Shown here: positions 16,038 to 24,465 of the stretch, piece by piece
Numbering within the stretch: the first letter of the stretch is position 1
Layout of the letters: every line of letters starts with the position of its first letter
IMG/VR virus record: IMGVR_UViG_3300036805_000167
Span: 64,001 to 128,000 of that record
Strand: one strand, 5' to 3'
Source of the DNA: a virus
Lineage: Duplodnaviria > Caudoviricetes
Length of the DNA: 64,000 nucleotides
The notes under the pieces: generated by a model
The model's database searches: none
What the model was told of the DNA's origin: nothing
The model's input: only the letters and a program-made list of their open reading frames with translations
Made by a program: the position numbers and the translations under genes

Positions 16038-16901
16038 ATGGAGAACTCCGTGACCCGCTCCCTCCGGCCGCTCGCCCTCGTCGGCGCCGGCCTCATCGCG
16101 ACAAGCCTGACCTTCGGGTCGGGCGTCGCGCTCGCCTCTCCGGCCCCGGCCGAGACCCCCGCCCTCTGCGTCTCCGTCGACGCGGCCGTCAAGGCGGTCA
16201 ACACCGCCAAGAGCACCCTCGCCGACAAGGTGGCCGCCCTGACCGATGCGAACTCTGCGGTTACCGCTGCAGAGTCCGCGCTCAACCTGCTCCCCGCTGG
16301 CGACCCGGGACTCGGTGCAGCGCAGACCACCCTCCAGAACGACAAGCAGGCCGTGCAGGACGCCGAGGTCGCGAAGAACGCCGCCCAGGCCGACCTCACT
16401 GGAGCCAAGCAGAGCAAGGAGAACGCACTCTCGGCGGTCGCTGACGCCGGCATCAACTGCGACACCGGCACCACCGCGCCGCCTGCGGAGACGACCACCA
16501 CGCCGCCCGCGAAGACCAACACCACGCCGCCCGTCACTGAGCCGAAGCCAACCACGCTCACTGTCGCGGACGTCCGCGCGGAGATCGACGCGCTCAACTG
16601 CGATCACTTCGCGGAGAAGAACGGCAAGATCGAGGACGACTCGTTCTCGCTGATCGGGCACTCCACCAGTCAGGAGCGGGGGGCCCTTTCCGACGCCTAC
16701 AGCGCCAAGCTCCACGACCTCAACTACTGCGTGAGCGGCTACACCCCGGCCCCGCAGAGCTCGACCGTGAACAACGGCAGCACCGAGATCAACAACGGCG
16801 TGGTCGTCAACCCGACCCAGGACGACGGCTCTAAGGCCACGACCTCGGGCAACGAGGTCACCGACGTTCCGAGCGGCTCCATCCAGACCGGGGCGGTGTA
16901 G
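16038..16901 (+). CDS. Secreted coiled-coil protein, putative class F sortase substrate
   Basis: Signal peptide (..GVALA|S), Ala-rich coiled coil, Thr/Pro linker, C-terminal VPSGSIQTG; adjacent to sortase. Confidence 0.7.
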   Translation: MENSVTRSLRPLALVGAGLIATSLTFGSGVALASPAPAETPALCVSVDAAVKAVNTAKSTLADKVAALTDANSAVTAAESALNLLPAGDPGLGAAQTTLQNDKQAVQDAEVAKNAAQADLTGAKQSKENALSAVADAGINCDTGTTAPPAETTTTPPAKTNTTPPVTEPKPTTLTVADVRAEIDALNCDHFAEKNGKIEDDSFSLIGHSTSQERGALSDAYSAKLHDLNYCVSGYTPAPQSSTVNNGSTEINNGVVVNPTQDDGSKATTSGNEVTDVPSGSIQTGAV

Positions 16902-16906
16902 GGACC

Positions 16907-17506
16907 ATGCGAGTCGCCACCACTCGCGCGGTCCTCGCGCTCGCCACTGCCATCCTGCTCGGCGGCGGACTCCTGACCGCCTGCTCCACGGACACCCCGG
17001 CAGCTCCTCCGCCGGGACAGGGCAGCATCGCCGCCCAGCAGCAGTCGACCGTCGCGCCCTTAGCCGACTACACCATGACGGTGTCGAAGCTGGGGCTGTC
17101 CAACGCGGCTCTAGTGCCGCTCGGACTCAACGCCGACAAGACCATCCAGGTGCCGCCGCTCTCGGCGCCCCAGGAGCTCGGCGTCTACAGCAAGGGGCCG
17201 CTGCCCGGCGGCAAGGGTCCCGCGGTGATCCTGGGTCACATCAACGCCAACGGAGTGCCGGGAGCGTTCGCGCACCTCGACACACTTAAGGCCGGAGACC
17301 AGGTCGCAACCACCGCCCCGGGCGGCAAGGCCACGAAGTTCGTGGTTTACAAGGTGCAGACAGTGCCGAAGGCAGCGTTCCCGACTGCGGCGGTGTACTC
17401 CGACACCTCCGGGCCGGAGCTGCGGCTCATCACCTGTGGCGGTGCGCTGGATCGTTCAGCGCACAACTACCTCTCGAACGTGATCGTCTGGGCTCGCCAG
17501 ACCTGA
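16907..17506 (+). CDS. Class F sortase (lipoprotein)
   Basis: Lipobox LTAC; PGGKGPAVILGH, LRLITCGG, YLSNVIV motifs. Confidence 0.9.
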   Translation: MRVATTRAVLALATAILLGGGLLTACSTDTPAAPPPGQGSIAAQQQSTVAPLADYTMTVSKLGLSNAALVPLGLNADKTIQVPPLSAPQELGVYSKGPLPGGKGPAVILGHINANGVPGAFAHLDTLKAGDQVATTAPGGKATKFVVYKVQTVPKAAFPTAAVYSDTSGPELRLITCGGALDRSAHNYLSNVIVWARQT

Positions 17507-17513
17507 CGCAGAC

Positions 17514-17552
17514 CACAGCGCCCCCGTAGCATCTCGCTGCGGGGGCGCTGTG
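17514..17552. terminator. Bidirectional hairpin terminator between convergent operons
   Basis: cacagcgcccccgtagc / gctgcgggggcgctgtg. Confidence 0.75.
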
Positions 17553-17562
17553 CTGCGCGGCG

Positions 17563-18597
17563 TTAGCCAGTCACCGAAGCCAGCGTCGACCCCTTGGCAA
17601 CACCGTGGAACACGATCTCCGAGGTCTTCCCGACCGCCGCGTCCCGATACGTGCCGATCTTGCCGTAGCTCGACTGCCCCGAGTACAACGTCCCGCCGTG
17701 GGCCTTGCCCGAGAAGGCCACCGCCCCGTTGTGCCACGCACTCACCGAGGCGTTGCCGGTGGTGAACGGCACCTCGAGGACCACCGAGTGCTTCACGTCG
17801 GTGGTCGCATCGCAGATGATCTCGGTGCCGGTCTCTGAGCCGCCAGCGGAGTGCCACTGCAGATAGACCGCATTACGACCCGACTTGCTGCCGACCATGA
17901 GCTCCAGCGGCGGTGAGCCCGTCGAGGAGTTCTTGCACTGCGCAATGGTCTGCCAGGTACCGGTGCTCGTCGGGAACCCACCGAGCAGCGTGAAGTCGTA
18001 ACGCAGGAACAGGGTGCCAGTCAGGTTGCCCCACCCCGCGACGTACGCCTCGCAGCGCTGGTAGCTACCCGACGCCGCCGACGCGCCCGGCCCGGGTGAG
18101 CCGCCAGAAGACGGCAGCCTGACGTGCATGCCGTCCGACTGGAACGACGGCACAGCCGACTGGTGTGAGTCGTTCGCCGACGTCACCCCCGACGACGTCA
18201 AGACCGGGAGCGCCGCCCACTCTCCGGTCGTCGTTCCCGTGCCGGAGCCGGTGGTATCACCGCCTCCGCCGCTGCCACCAGCAGAGCCAGAAGTGCGGTG
18301 AGCATCGATCCCCTTGATGAGTGCCTCGAGCAGCTGCGCCTTCTCGACCAACGTCCGCGCCTTGGGCGCGGCGCCGTAACGCGCAGTGGTCTGGTCGACG
18401 ATCCCGTCCCAGGCCTGCGCGTCGCTGCGATAGGGACCGGGATCGCTACCCGAGACGGGTGCGGCGATGTTCAACCCGGCCGAGAGGTTCCACGCCGCAG
18501 CCAGGGCCTTGTCGAGGCGATCGAGGACGGTGTCCGGGTAGGAGCCAGAGCTGGCGCTACCGGTCAGTGCCGCGAGCAGGTTGGTCTCGTCGGACAT
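17563..18597 (-). CDS. Polysaccharide lyase-like (jelly-roll, heparin lyase I/PL-type) domain protein
   Basis: QRCE, FLRYDFTL..GFP....WQTIAQ, SPPLEL, YGKIGTYRD after a Gly/Thr linker. Confidence 0.65.
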   Translation of the reverse strand: MSDETNLLAALTGSASSGSYPDTVLDRLDKALAAAWNLSAGLNIAAPVSGSDPGPYRSDAQAWDGIVDQTTARYGAAPKARTLVEKAQLLEALIKGIDAHRTSGSAGGSGGGGDTTGSGTGTTTGEWAALPVLTSSGVTSANDSHQSAVPSFQSDGMHVRLPSSGGSPGPGASAASGSYQRCEAYVAGWGNLTGTLFLRYDFTLLGGFPTSTGTWQTIAQCKNSSTGSPPLELMVGSKSGRNAVYLQWHSAGGSETGTEIICDATTDVKHSVVLEVPFTTGNASVSAWHNGAVAFSGKAHGGTLYSGQSSYGKIGTYRDAAVGKTSEIVFHGVAKGSTLASVTG

Positions 18598-18606
18598 GTG
18601 CGTCTC

Positions 18607-20016
18607 CTAGATCCCGAGAGCGAACCAGTGGGGCAACCCGTTGCTGGCGTAACCGGTCGTCAGGTTGGCGGTCGTGGGCAGCGCGGACTGGCCGGTGATG
18701 CTGGCGCTCCAAGTGGCAGCTGTCGTCGGGTTCATGAACCCCGTGGGGGTGCCAGTACCCCCGAGTACCTGGAAGGTGGGCGCCGTGGTCATGGTCGCGA
18801 GCACGCCGGCGTAGACGTAGAGCCCGGGAGTGATCGGCACAGTTGCGGAGAGCACCCACTCATACATCGTTGTCGCCGTGATCGTGGTGGCCGTGGTGAT
18901 CGTTGCTACGCGAGTGAGCGCGGCGGTCGACGCGCCGGTGTAGATGCCCACCAGGAAGTTGCCGCCAGAGCCCGCCGTGCCCGAGAACATCCGCACGGTC
19001 CGAGCGGTGAAGGTGGACCCGGCTATGCCTCCCACCATCCAGAGAGTGCCGCTGGTGGCCGTCTTGGCTGCGGTACTCATCCAGCGGGGCATGTTCGAGT
19101 AGTAGTCGCCGTAGAGCGCGACGTCCCCCGAGCTCGCGAGGAACCTGGGGTCGGTCGCCGACGCCGCCCCGTGGGCTTTCACCGCCGAGTACGTCGAGTT
19201 CGAGCTGCCGGCGGTGCCGGTCCACGCGCCGCCCGGGGAGTTGCCGTCGAAGTAGACCCCGGGAGCGGTAGCCGCCTCCACCATGTACTGCGACAGGCTG
19301 ATCGTCTGCCCTGCAGCGGCCCCGTAGAACGAAAGGTAGGGCCGCAGCTGGTTGGCGCCGCCCGGTCCCACCACGGTGTAGGACAGCCGGATGTAGTTCC
19401 CGGTGGCGGTCCGCCGAGATGCGCTCAGGCTGGCGTTCGGGGGCACGGTCGTCGTCGAATAGGCACCGGAGGCGAACCAGTTAGCCGACATGACCATGGT
19501 GATCCCGGCCGGTGCCTTCACAGCGATCGAGATGGTGTACGTCGTGCCCGCCGCGACCGTGGCCTGTGGCAGTGTCACCTCGCCGGTGGCGTTGGCGACG
19601 AACGTTGCGGTCAGACTGGTCGACGAACCATCAGCCCCACCGGTGGCCGAGCGCGCCGGCGCGGCAGTGATGCCCGTACCTGAGTCGGTCTTCGCGCTGT
19701 AACCGGCGTTGTCGACCAGGCCGTTGGGGTTGGGCGACAGGTTGGTCCTCGAGGCCAGCAGCGACGGCCCGATCCCGCTGGTCTCGGTGTCGGTGAGTGC
19801 TGCGGCGTTGGCGGTGAGGTTGTCCGAATACTGCTTCGTGCCAGCCTGGAGTGCCAAGGTGGGGTCACCGGGCAACGTCACCGAAGTGGTGAAGACCGGC
19901 GAGTCGAGCGGCGCCTTCGTGGCGTCACCGTTATCTACGTACTGCTTCGTAGCCGCCTGCAGAGCCGATGTGGGGTCTGCAGGCAGCGCGATCGGTGTGA
20001 GGAAAGTACGGGCCAC
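18607..20016 (-). CDS. Tail/head fibre-like protein with carbohydrate-binding-like domain
   Basis: DPTSALQAATKQYVD repeats, RTNLSPNP, PGVYFDG. Confidence 0.65.
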   Translation of the reverse strand: MARTFLTPIALPADPTSALQAATKQYVDNGDATKAPLDSPVFTTSVTLPGDPTLALQAGTKQYSDNLTANAAALTDTETSGIGPSLLASRTNLSPNPNGLVDNAGYSAKTDSGTGITAAPARSATGGADGSSTSLTATFVANATGEVTLPQATVAAGTTYTISIAVKAPAGITMVMSANWFASGAYSTTTVPPNASLSASRRTATGNYIRLSYTVVGPGGANQLRPYLSFYGAAAGQTISLSQYMVEAATAPGVYFDGNSPGGAWTGTAGSSNSTYSAVKAHGAASATDPRFLASSGDVALYGDYYSNMPRWMSTAAKTATSGTLWMVGGIAGSTFTARTVRMFSGTAGSGGNFLVGIYTGASTAALTRVATITTATTITATTMYEWVLSATVPITPGLYVYAGVLATMTTAPTFQVLGGTGTPTGFMNPTTAATWSASITGQSALPTTANLTTGYASNGLPHWFALGI

Positions 20017-20069
20017 GCGAGCTCCCAGGTCGAGCCATCAGGTGATCAGATTCTTTGAGGTTCATCTCG

Positions 20070-20492
20070 TCATGTTGGCCTGTAACCAACATTGGCAACT
20101 TGGAGGTAACCCTGCTTAACGAATACCGATACTGACGGATCGTCGCAGTAGACATGAAGAGACGTCTGCGGATCGGCGTAACCGTCGACTATGCCAGTTA
20201 GTCCGACTGTATAACTTTCGTTAAGCGATGTACCATGCCCGTATGCAATGGCCACCGGGTCGCGGCCAGGCGATGCTTCAAGCTCGAACCGTGCGGTGCC
20301 CCAGTATCCCCGGAATTCAAAGCGGAGCGACACCGTGAACATCCAGTAACCGTAGGATGTGTTGATGATCGTAGGGTTCCCGCTCGCATCATTACTGATC
20401 GTGAGGCCCTGCGGGTCACCGGTTGGGGTGCCGAAAATCGACACACCTGGGTCGGGAGCTCCATAGAGCCCGTCGACGAGAAGAACAGCCAC
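20070..20492 (-). CDS. Hypothetical protein, lower GC
   Basis: GGAGG RBS; visibly more A/T-rich codons. Confidence 0.55.
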   Translation of the reverse strand: MAVLLVDGLYGAPDPGVSIFGTPTGDPQGLTISNDASGNPTIINTSYGYWMFTVSLRFEFRGYWGTARFELEASPGRDPVAIAYGHGTSLNESYTVGLTGIVDGYADPQTSLHVYCDDPSVSVFVKQGYLQVANVGYRPT

Positions 20493-20518
20493 GGATCGAC
20501 CTCCGTATTGAAGGGGAC

Positions 20519-21697
20519 TTAACCCACGATGGAGATGAGGTAGTTGTTGGCAGCCGGGGCGGCCGGGAAGGCGAGCACCACGTTGTTGGCGTCAGACGCG
20601 GTGTCGTCGACTTCGACAAGTTGTCCCGTAACTGTCCCGGATGGCGGCACTGAACCCGCGCGGATAGTTACCGAGACTGCCCAGTTATTGAGTGCGTGGT
20701 TGACTGTCACCGTCGCGCCGGACACCGAGAAGATGCCCGAGGTCGACGCGGGGACCGTACCGGTAACCTTGCGGGCGACCACCGCGCTGTCGACCTGCAG
20801 CGAGTTGCTAGCCAGCGAGAGGCCACCAGCAAAACCGGTAGTGTAGTTCAGTCCGAACGCGGCTCCGGACAGAGTGATGGGATAGGTGGCGGTGTAAGTC
20901 GCCCCGGCGTTACCGCGGATGACGAAGGCGGTAGGCGTGGTGTCGACAGTGATGGCAACGTCGGTGGTCAGAAGCGCGAACAGGTCGGCGTTGGTGCCCT
21001 CGCGGACGTCCCAGAACGAGCCCGGAGTGGCTGTCGCACCGCTGGCGTAGTTGGTGGGTCGAGCAGCGGAGGTTGCAGAGGCCCACACCCATGGTCCGTT
21101 CTGGGCCGCAGTGGTCTGTCCCGTTAGAAGGAAAACGTCGCCAGCGCTCATGGTGACGCCATCGATGGTGGACCCGGGCGCGGTAGTGGGGCTAGCGATG
21201 TTGGTGGAGCTCGCGACACGCACGGACCCCTTCATCACCATGCCGGAAGTCAGCGAACCGACCTGCGTGTCTACGTAGTTCTTCGTGGCCGCGTCAGTCG
21301 AGACGGTGGGGTCAGCGACGGCGGTCAGTTTCTGCGAGTTGACGTTGACCGCCGCGTTCGGCGCCGTCAGCGAGGTCCACCTGTAGCCGAAGACGGTAGC
21401 TTGGAAGTCGGAGATCGTTGACGAGGTCTGGGTGCCAGCGTGGTTGGCGCGGGACTGGTACCACGATCCGGGATGGACCGCTGAGTCCAACGCCCCGCCG
21501 AGCTGGTCCGCAGAATCCGAGGTGGCACCCCAGCTTGAACCGCCCCACTGGTAAAACCGCGAGTTGGTGGTCAGGTAGACGATGCGCCCGGCGTCACCGG
21601 GGCCGAGCCCGGTCGGCAGGCTCGCTACGTTCTGCGCGCGGGCGTTGAGCAACTCGAGGTTGCTCATGTCGATCGGGGTCAGGAACTTCCGTGCCAT
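20519..21697 (-). CDS. Fibre/decoration-like virion protein
   Basis: MARKFLTPID, RANHAGTQ, DAATKNYVD, KGSVRVAS..NI, TVNHALN. Confidence 0.65.
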   Translation of the reverse strand: MARKFLTPIDMSNLELLNARAQNVASLPTGLGPGDAGRIVYLTTNSRFYQWGGSSWGATSDSADQLGGALDSAVHPGSWYQSRANHAGTQTSSTISDFQATVFGYRWTSLTAPNAAVNVNSQKLTAVADPTVSTDAATKNYVDTQVGSLTSGMVMKGSVRVASSTNIASPTTAPGSTIDGVTMSAGDVFLLTGQTTAAQNGPWVWASATSAARPTNYASGATATPGSFWDVREGTNADLFALLTTDVAITVDTTPTAFVIRGNAGATYTATYPITLSGAAFGLNYTTGFAGGLSLASNSLQVDSAVVARKVTGTVPASTSGIFSVSGATVTVNHALNNWAVSVTIRAGSVPPSGTVTGQLVEVDDTASDANNVVLAFPAAPAANNYLISIVG

Positions 21698-21709
21698 GAG
21701 GGTGTCTCC

Positions 21710-22042
21710 TTAGGACAGGTAGGCCACACCGGACACGGTGATGCCGTAGGGGAACGTGATGACCACCCGTGACGTCGGCAGCGGGTAGGAGGGGTCACCC
21801 TCGATCTCACTGCCATCGGAGTCGAGCAGCGTGATCCCACCCGGCGCGAAACCCAGGTTGTGGTCGATGACCCATGGGTTGTCCGCCGAGAGTTGCCGGT
21901 GGGTATGCCCCTGGCCCACCCCGGGCAGTAGCTCGCCGTGCACCGAGATGACCTCGGCGCCGGCGAGCTCGTCGACCGGCTCATAGGCCAGCTCGACGAC
22001 GCTGCCCTGGCCGATCTCGATGACCTCGACGGAGTCAGTCAT
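21710..22042 (-). CDS. Virion-associated small protein
   Basis: HRQLSADNPWVIDHNLG...GVAYLS. Confidence 0.6.
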   Translation of the reverse strand: MTDSVEVIEIGQGSVVELAYEPVDELAGAEVISVHGELLPGVGQGHTHRQLSADNPWVIDHNLGFAPGGITLLDSDGSEIEGDPSYPLPTSRVVITFPYGITVSGVAYLS

Positions 22043-22436
22043 GCTCCACGTCCGCGACGATCTGGAAGGGCCGCTTCCGCACGATGGTGTAACGCAGGTC
22101 GGGGTCATCGCTGCTGTCCGAGGACAGCTCGATGTCGAGATACCCAGACCAGTTGGCTGGCTTGCCTACCCACGCCGAGGGGCGCAGCCGTAGCTGCACC
22201 GTCCCGGTCGTGGCTACGCCACCGTCGGCCTTCTTGACCTCGGCGGAGCCGATCAGGATGTCGGTGCCGTCCGAGGTCCACTCGAATACCGCGTCGACCG
22301 TGGCGCTGTTCTTGCGGACCTGCGCGCGGATGTACCAGTCGCTCGGGTCGACCACCACGTCATTGACGAACACCGCCCATACCGGGGAGAGCCAGGAGTC
22401 TCCCCGGTATGCGACCAATGACGCTGGTGTGGCCAC
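22035..22436 (-). CDS. BppU/LtfC-like baseplate-associated protein
   Basis: YRGDSW, IRAQVRK, YLDIEL. Confidence 0.55.
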   Translation of the reverse strand: MATPASLVAYRGDSWLSPVWAVFVNDVVVDPSDWYIRAQVRKNSATVDAVFEWTSDGTDILIGSAEVKKADGGVATTGTVQLRLRPSAWVGKPANWSGYLDIELSSDSSDDPDLRYTIVRKRPFQIVADVEHD

Positions 22437-22437
22437 G

Positions 22438-22596
22438 TCAGAACCAGTACCGGCGGCCGCCGACAGGATGCCCGGCGCCGCCGAGGACCAGCAGGAGCAG
22501 GCCGATGACGGCGAGGATGATGCCGATGGTGAACAGCACCTTCACGGCCGGGATCAGTAGCCCGACCACGATGAGGATGATCCCCAGGACGATCAC
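22438..22596 (-). CDS. 52-aa two-TM protein (DUF6131-like)
   Basis: Manual translation MIVLGIILIVVGLLIPAVKVLFTIGIILAVIGLLLLVLGGAGHPVGGRRYWF; missing from ORF track. Confidence 0.65.
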   Translation of the reverse strand: MIVLGIILIVVGLLIPAVKVLFTIGIILAVIGLLLLVLGGAGHPVGGRRYWF

Positions 22597-22599
22597 GGG

Positions 22600-22932
22600 T
22601 CAGACCTGCTTACGGAAGCGAGGGGCCGTCGCGACCGGGGTGACCTGACGGCGGGCGACCAGCGCGGTCGCGTGCGACGACACGAGCCCCGAGATCAGGC
22701 CGACCAGGCCGACGACGACGGTGCCGACCGGGACCAGGTTGCTGGAGATGTAGTCGACGGTCGTATTGAGCAGCGCGGCCTGCTCGGAAGAGAGCACGCC
22801 GACAGCGACGAGAACGCCTACCGCAGTGACGAGGAACGCGGCGAGCGACCCCCACAGCGCGGCGGCCTTGAGGACGGGCTCGGGGGTCTCGGCGACAGGC
22901 TCATTGCTGACGGGGGCGATGGGGTCAGTCAT
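22600..22932 (-). CDS. Holin
   Basis: AGGAG RBS; two TMs, C-terminal ARRQVTPV; downstream of endolysin. Confidence 0.7.
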   Translation of the reverse strand: MTDPIAPVSNEPVAETPEPVLKAAALWGSLAAFLVTAVGVLVAVGVLSSEQAALLNTTVDYISSNLVPVGTVVVGLVGLISGLVSSHATALVARRQVTPVATAPRFRKQV

Positions 22933-22964
22933 CTGCGTCTCCTGGTTGAGGAAGTCGGGGTCGG

Positions 22965-23285
22965 TCACAGCGCCTGCAGCTCGAGGACCAGCGCGCCGGG
23001 ACCATTGACAGTCACGTCGTACTCGATCCACTCAGTGCCAGCTGGCAGGTTCGTGTGAACGCGCGTGGCGGACTTGAACGTCTGCCCGGTCCACGCGGGG
23101 CCAGCGCCAGGCGCGGGACCGTCCGAGTCCGCGGACCTCTGGAACCAGACGTTCGCGACACCGCCGCCGGTGGCGCGAACCGACACCCAGGCGTTCTTCA
23201 CGATCGCTGAGGTCGGCATCCCACCTGTCGGGCAGATGACTGTACCCAGGTAGCGCCCGGCGGCCGGAAACTCGCGCTCGATCAT
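22965..23285 (-). CDS. Hypothetical protein (possible separate lysin-associated domain)
   Basis: AGGGAG RBS; between endolysin and holin. Confidence 0.55.
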   Translation of the reverse strand: MIEREFPAAGRYLGTVICPTGGMPTSAIVKNAWVSVRATGGGVANVWFQRSADSDGPAPGAGPAWTGQTFKSATRVHTNLPAGTEWIEYDVTVNGPGALVLELQAL

Positions 23286-23297
23286 GAAAGCTCCCTA

Positions 23298-24101
23298 TCA
23301 GGTCAGCAGCAGACGCTGCTGGGCGTTGGTGGGCGACGTCGTTGGCGAGGAGCTCGAGCCGCCGTAGACGAGAGCGCGGAGTTGGTCCTTCGTCCCGCGG
23401 TAGGCGTTGACGTCGATCTGTCTGCCCGCAACCGTCGCGCGGTCGCTGAACTGCAGGACTGTCGTGTTGCCGCCGCCGTAGGAGTCCCAGAACGACGACG
23501 GGACCTTGGCATAAATGCCCGAGGCGTAGCCGGTGGCGGTCAGGTAGCGCGACGACACGACCGGCGGCAGACCGGCCAGCGACGGTGACCCGAGCTGCTG
23601 CCAGTACCAGCGAGGGACGTAGGCCAGCGGGACAGCCACGCCGAGGTTGCGGCATGCGGTGATCAGCGCCTTGAGGTTGGCGACCGAACCCGAATCCGCC
23701 TCGAAGTCCATCATCACCGGACGCCCGTGGCATGCGCTCTTCACTGTCTGCGCTTGCGCCGCGACGCTTGCGGTGGTCACGTAGTGGTAGACGTAGGTGA
23801 CCATGCCGAGCTGGTCCGCGCGGTCGAGCCATGTCTTCGCGCCGGCGGCCCACGACGAGCTCGTCCCCTGCGAAGCCTTGACCGCCAGGAACGAGAACCC
23901 TTCGGCGGCGATCTCGTCGATGGAGATACCGGCCTGGAACGTCGGATGAATGTCCGGGCCGTAGATCACCGACGCGGTGGCCGCCGCCGCTCGGGGAGCG
24001 AGCTCCGGCGCTTCGGGCGTGGTTAGCTCACCAGGCTTGGCGTCCTGTTCGGCGTAGTCGGCGACGCCGTTGCCGTCGAGGTCTTCGTGCCTGCCGGGCA
24101 T
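23298..24101 (-). CDS. Endolysin, GH25 muramidase
   Basis: YGPDIH..FQ, FLAVKASQG, YHY, MMDFE, LQFSD, IDVNAYRG. Confidence 0.88.
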   Translation of the reverse strand: MPGRHEDLDGNGVADYAEQDAKPGELTTPEAPELAPRAAAATASVIYGPDIHPTFQAGISIDEIAAEGFSFLAVKASQGTSSSWAAGAKTWLDRADQLGMVTYVYHYVTTASVAAQAQTVKSACHGRPVMMDFEADSGSVANLKALITACRNLGVAVPLAYVPRWYWQQLGSPSLAGLPPVVSSRYLTATGYASGIYAKVPSSFWDSYGGGNTTVLQFSDRATVAGRQIDVNAYRGTKDQLRALVYGGSSSSPTTSPTNAQQRLLLT

Positions 24102-24102
24102 G

Positions 24103-24465
24103 TCAGCTCTCGCCGGCCTCGAGCGCGTGGACGGTGTAAGTACTGGCGTGGCCGCTCTCGACCATCACCTGGCCCCAGTCCCGCCCGTCGGGCAGTGTCA
24201 CCGAGGCGAGGACGCGGCCGTAGTTGTCGCGGCGCCCGAGCGACCCCGGAGAGGTGAGGGTGACAGTGTCGCCCGGCTGGACGAGGGTCTTCGCGAACTC
24301 CGTCGCTGCCTGCCCCTCCGGGGTCGAGTTCTCCGGCGCGTTGATGCCGTTCACGCGAACCCTGGCGCTGGTCAGTCCGACGCCCAGCCCCAGCGTGATG
24401 GTGCAGACCGGCGTGTCGCCGTCGTAGACGTAGTTCACGACGGCGGGCGCGACGAGAGTGGCCAT
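24103..24465 (-). CDS. Thermonuclease (SNase family)
   Basis: VYDGDT, VRVNGINAPE, DNYGRVLA, MVESGHA. Confidence 0.88.
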   Translation of the reverse strand: MATLVAPAVVNYVYDGDTPVCTITLGLGVGLTSARVRVNGINAPENSTPEGQAATEFAKTLVQPGDTVTLTSPGSLGRRDNYGRVLASVTLPDGRDWGQVMVESGHASTYTVHALEAGES

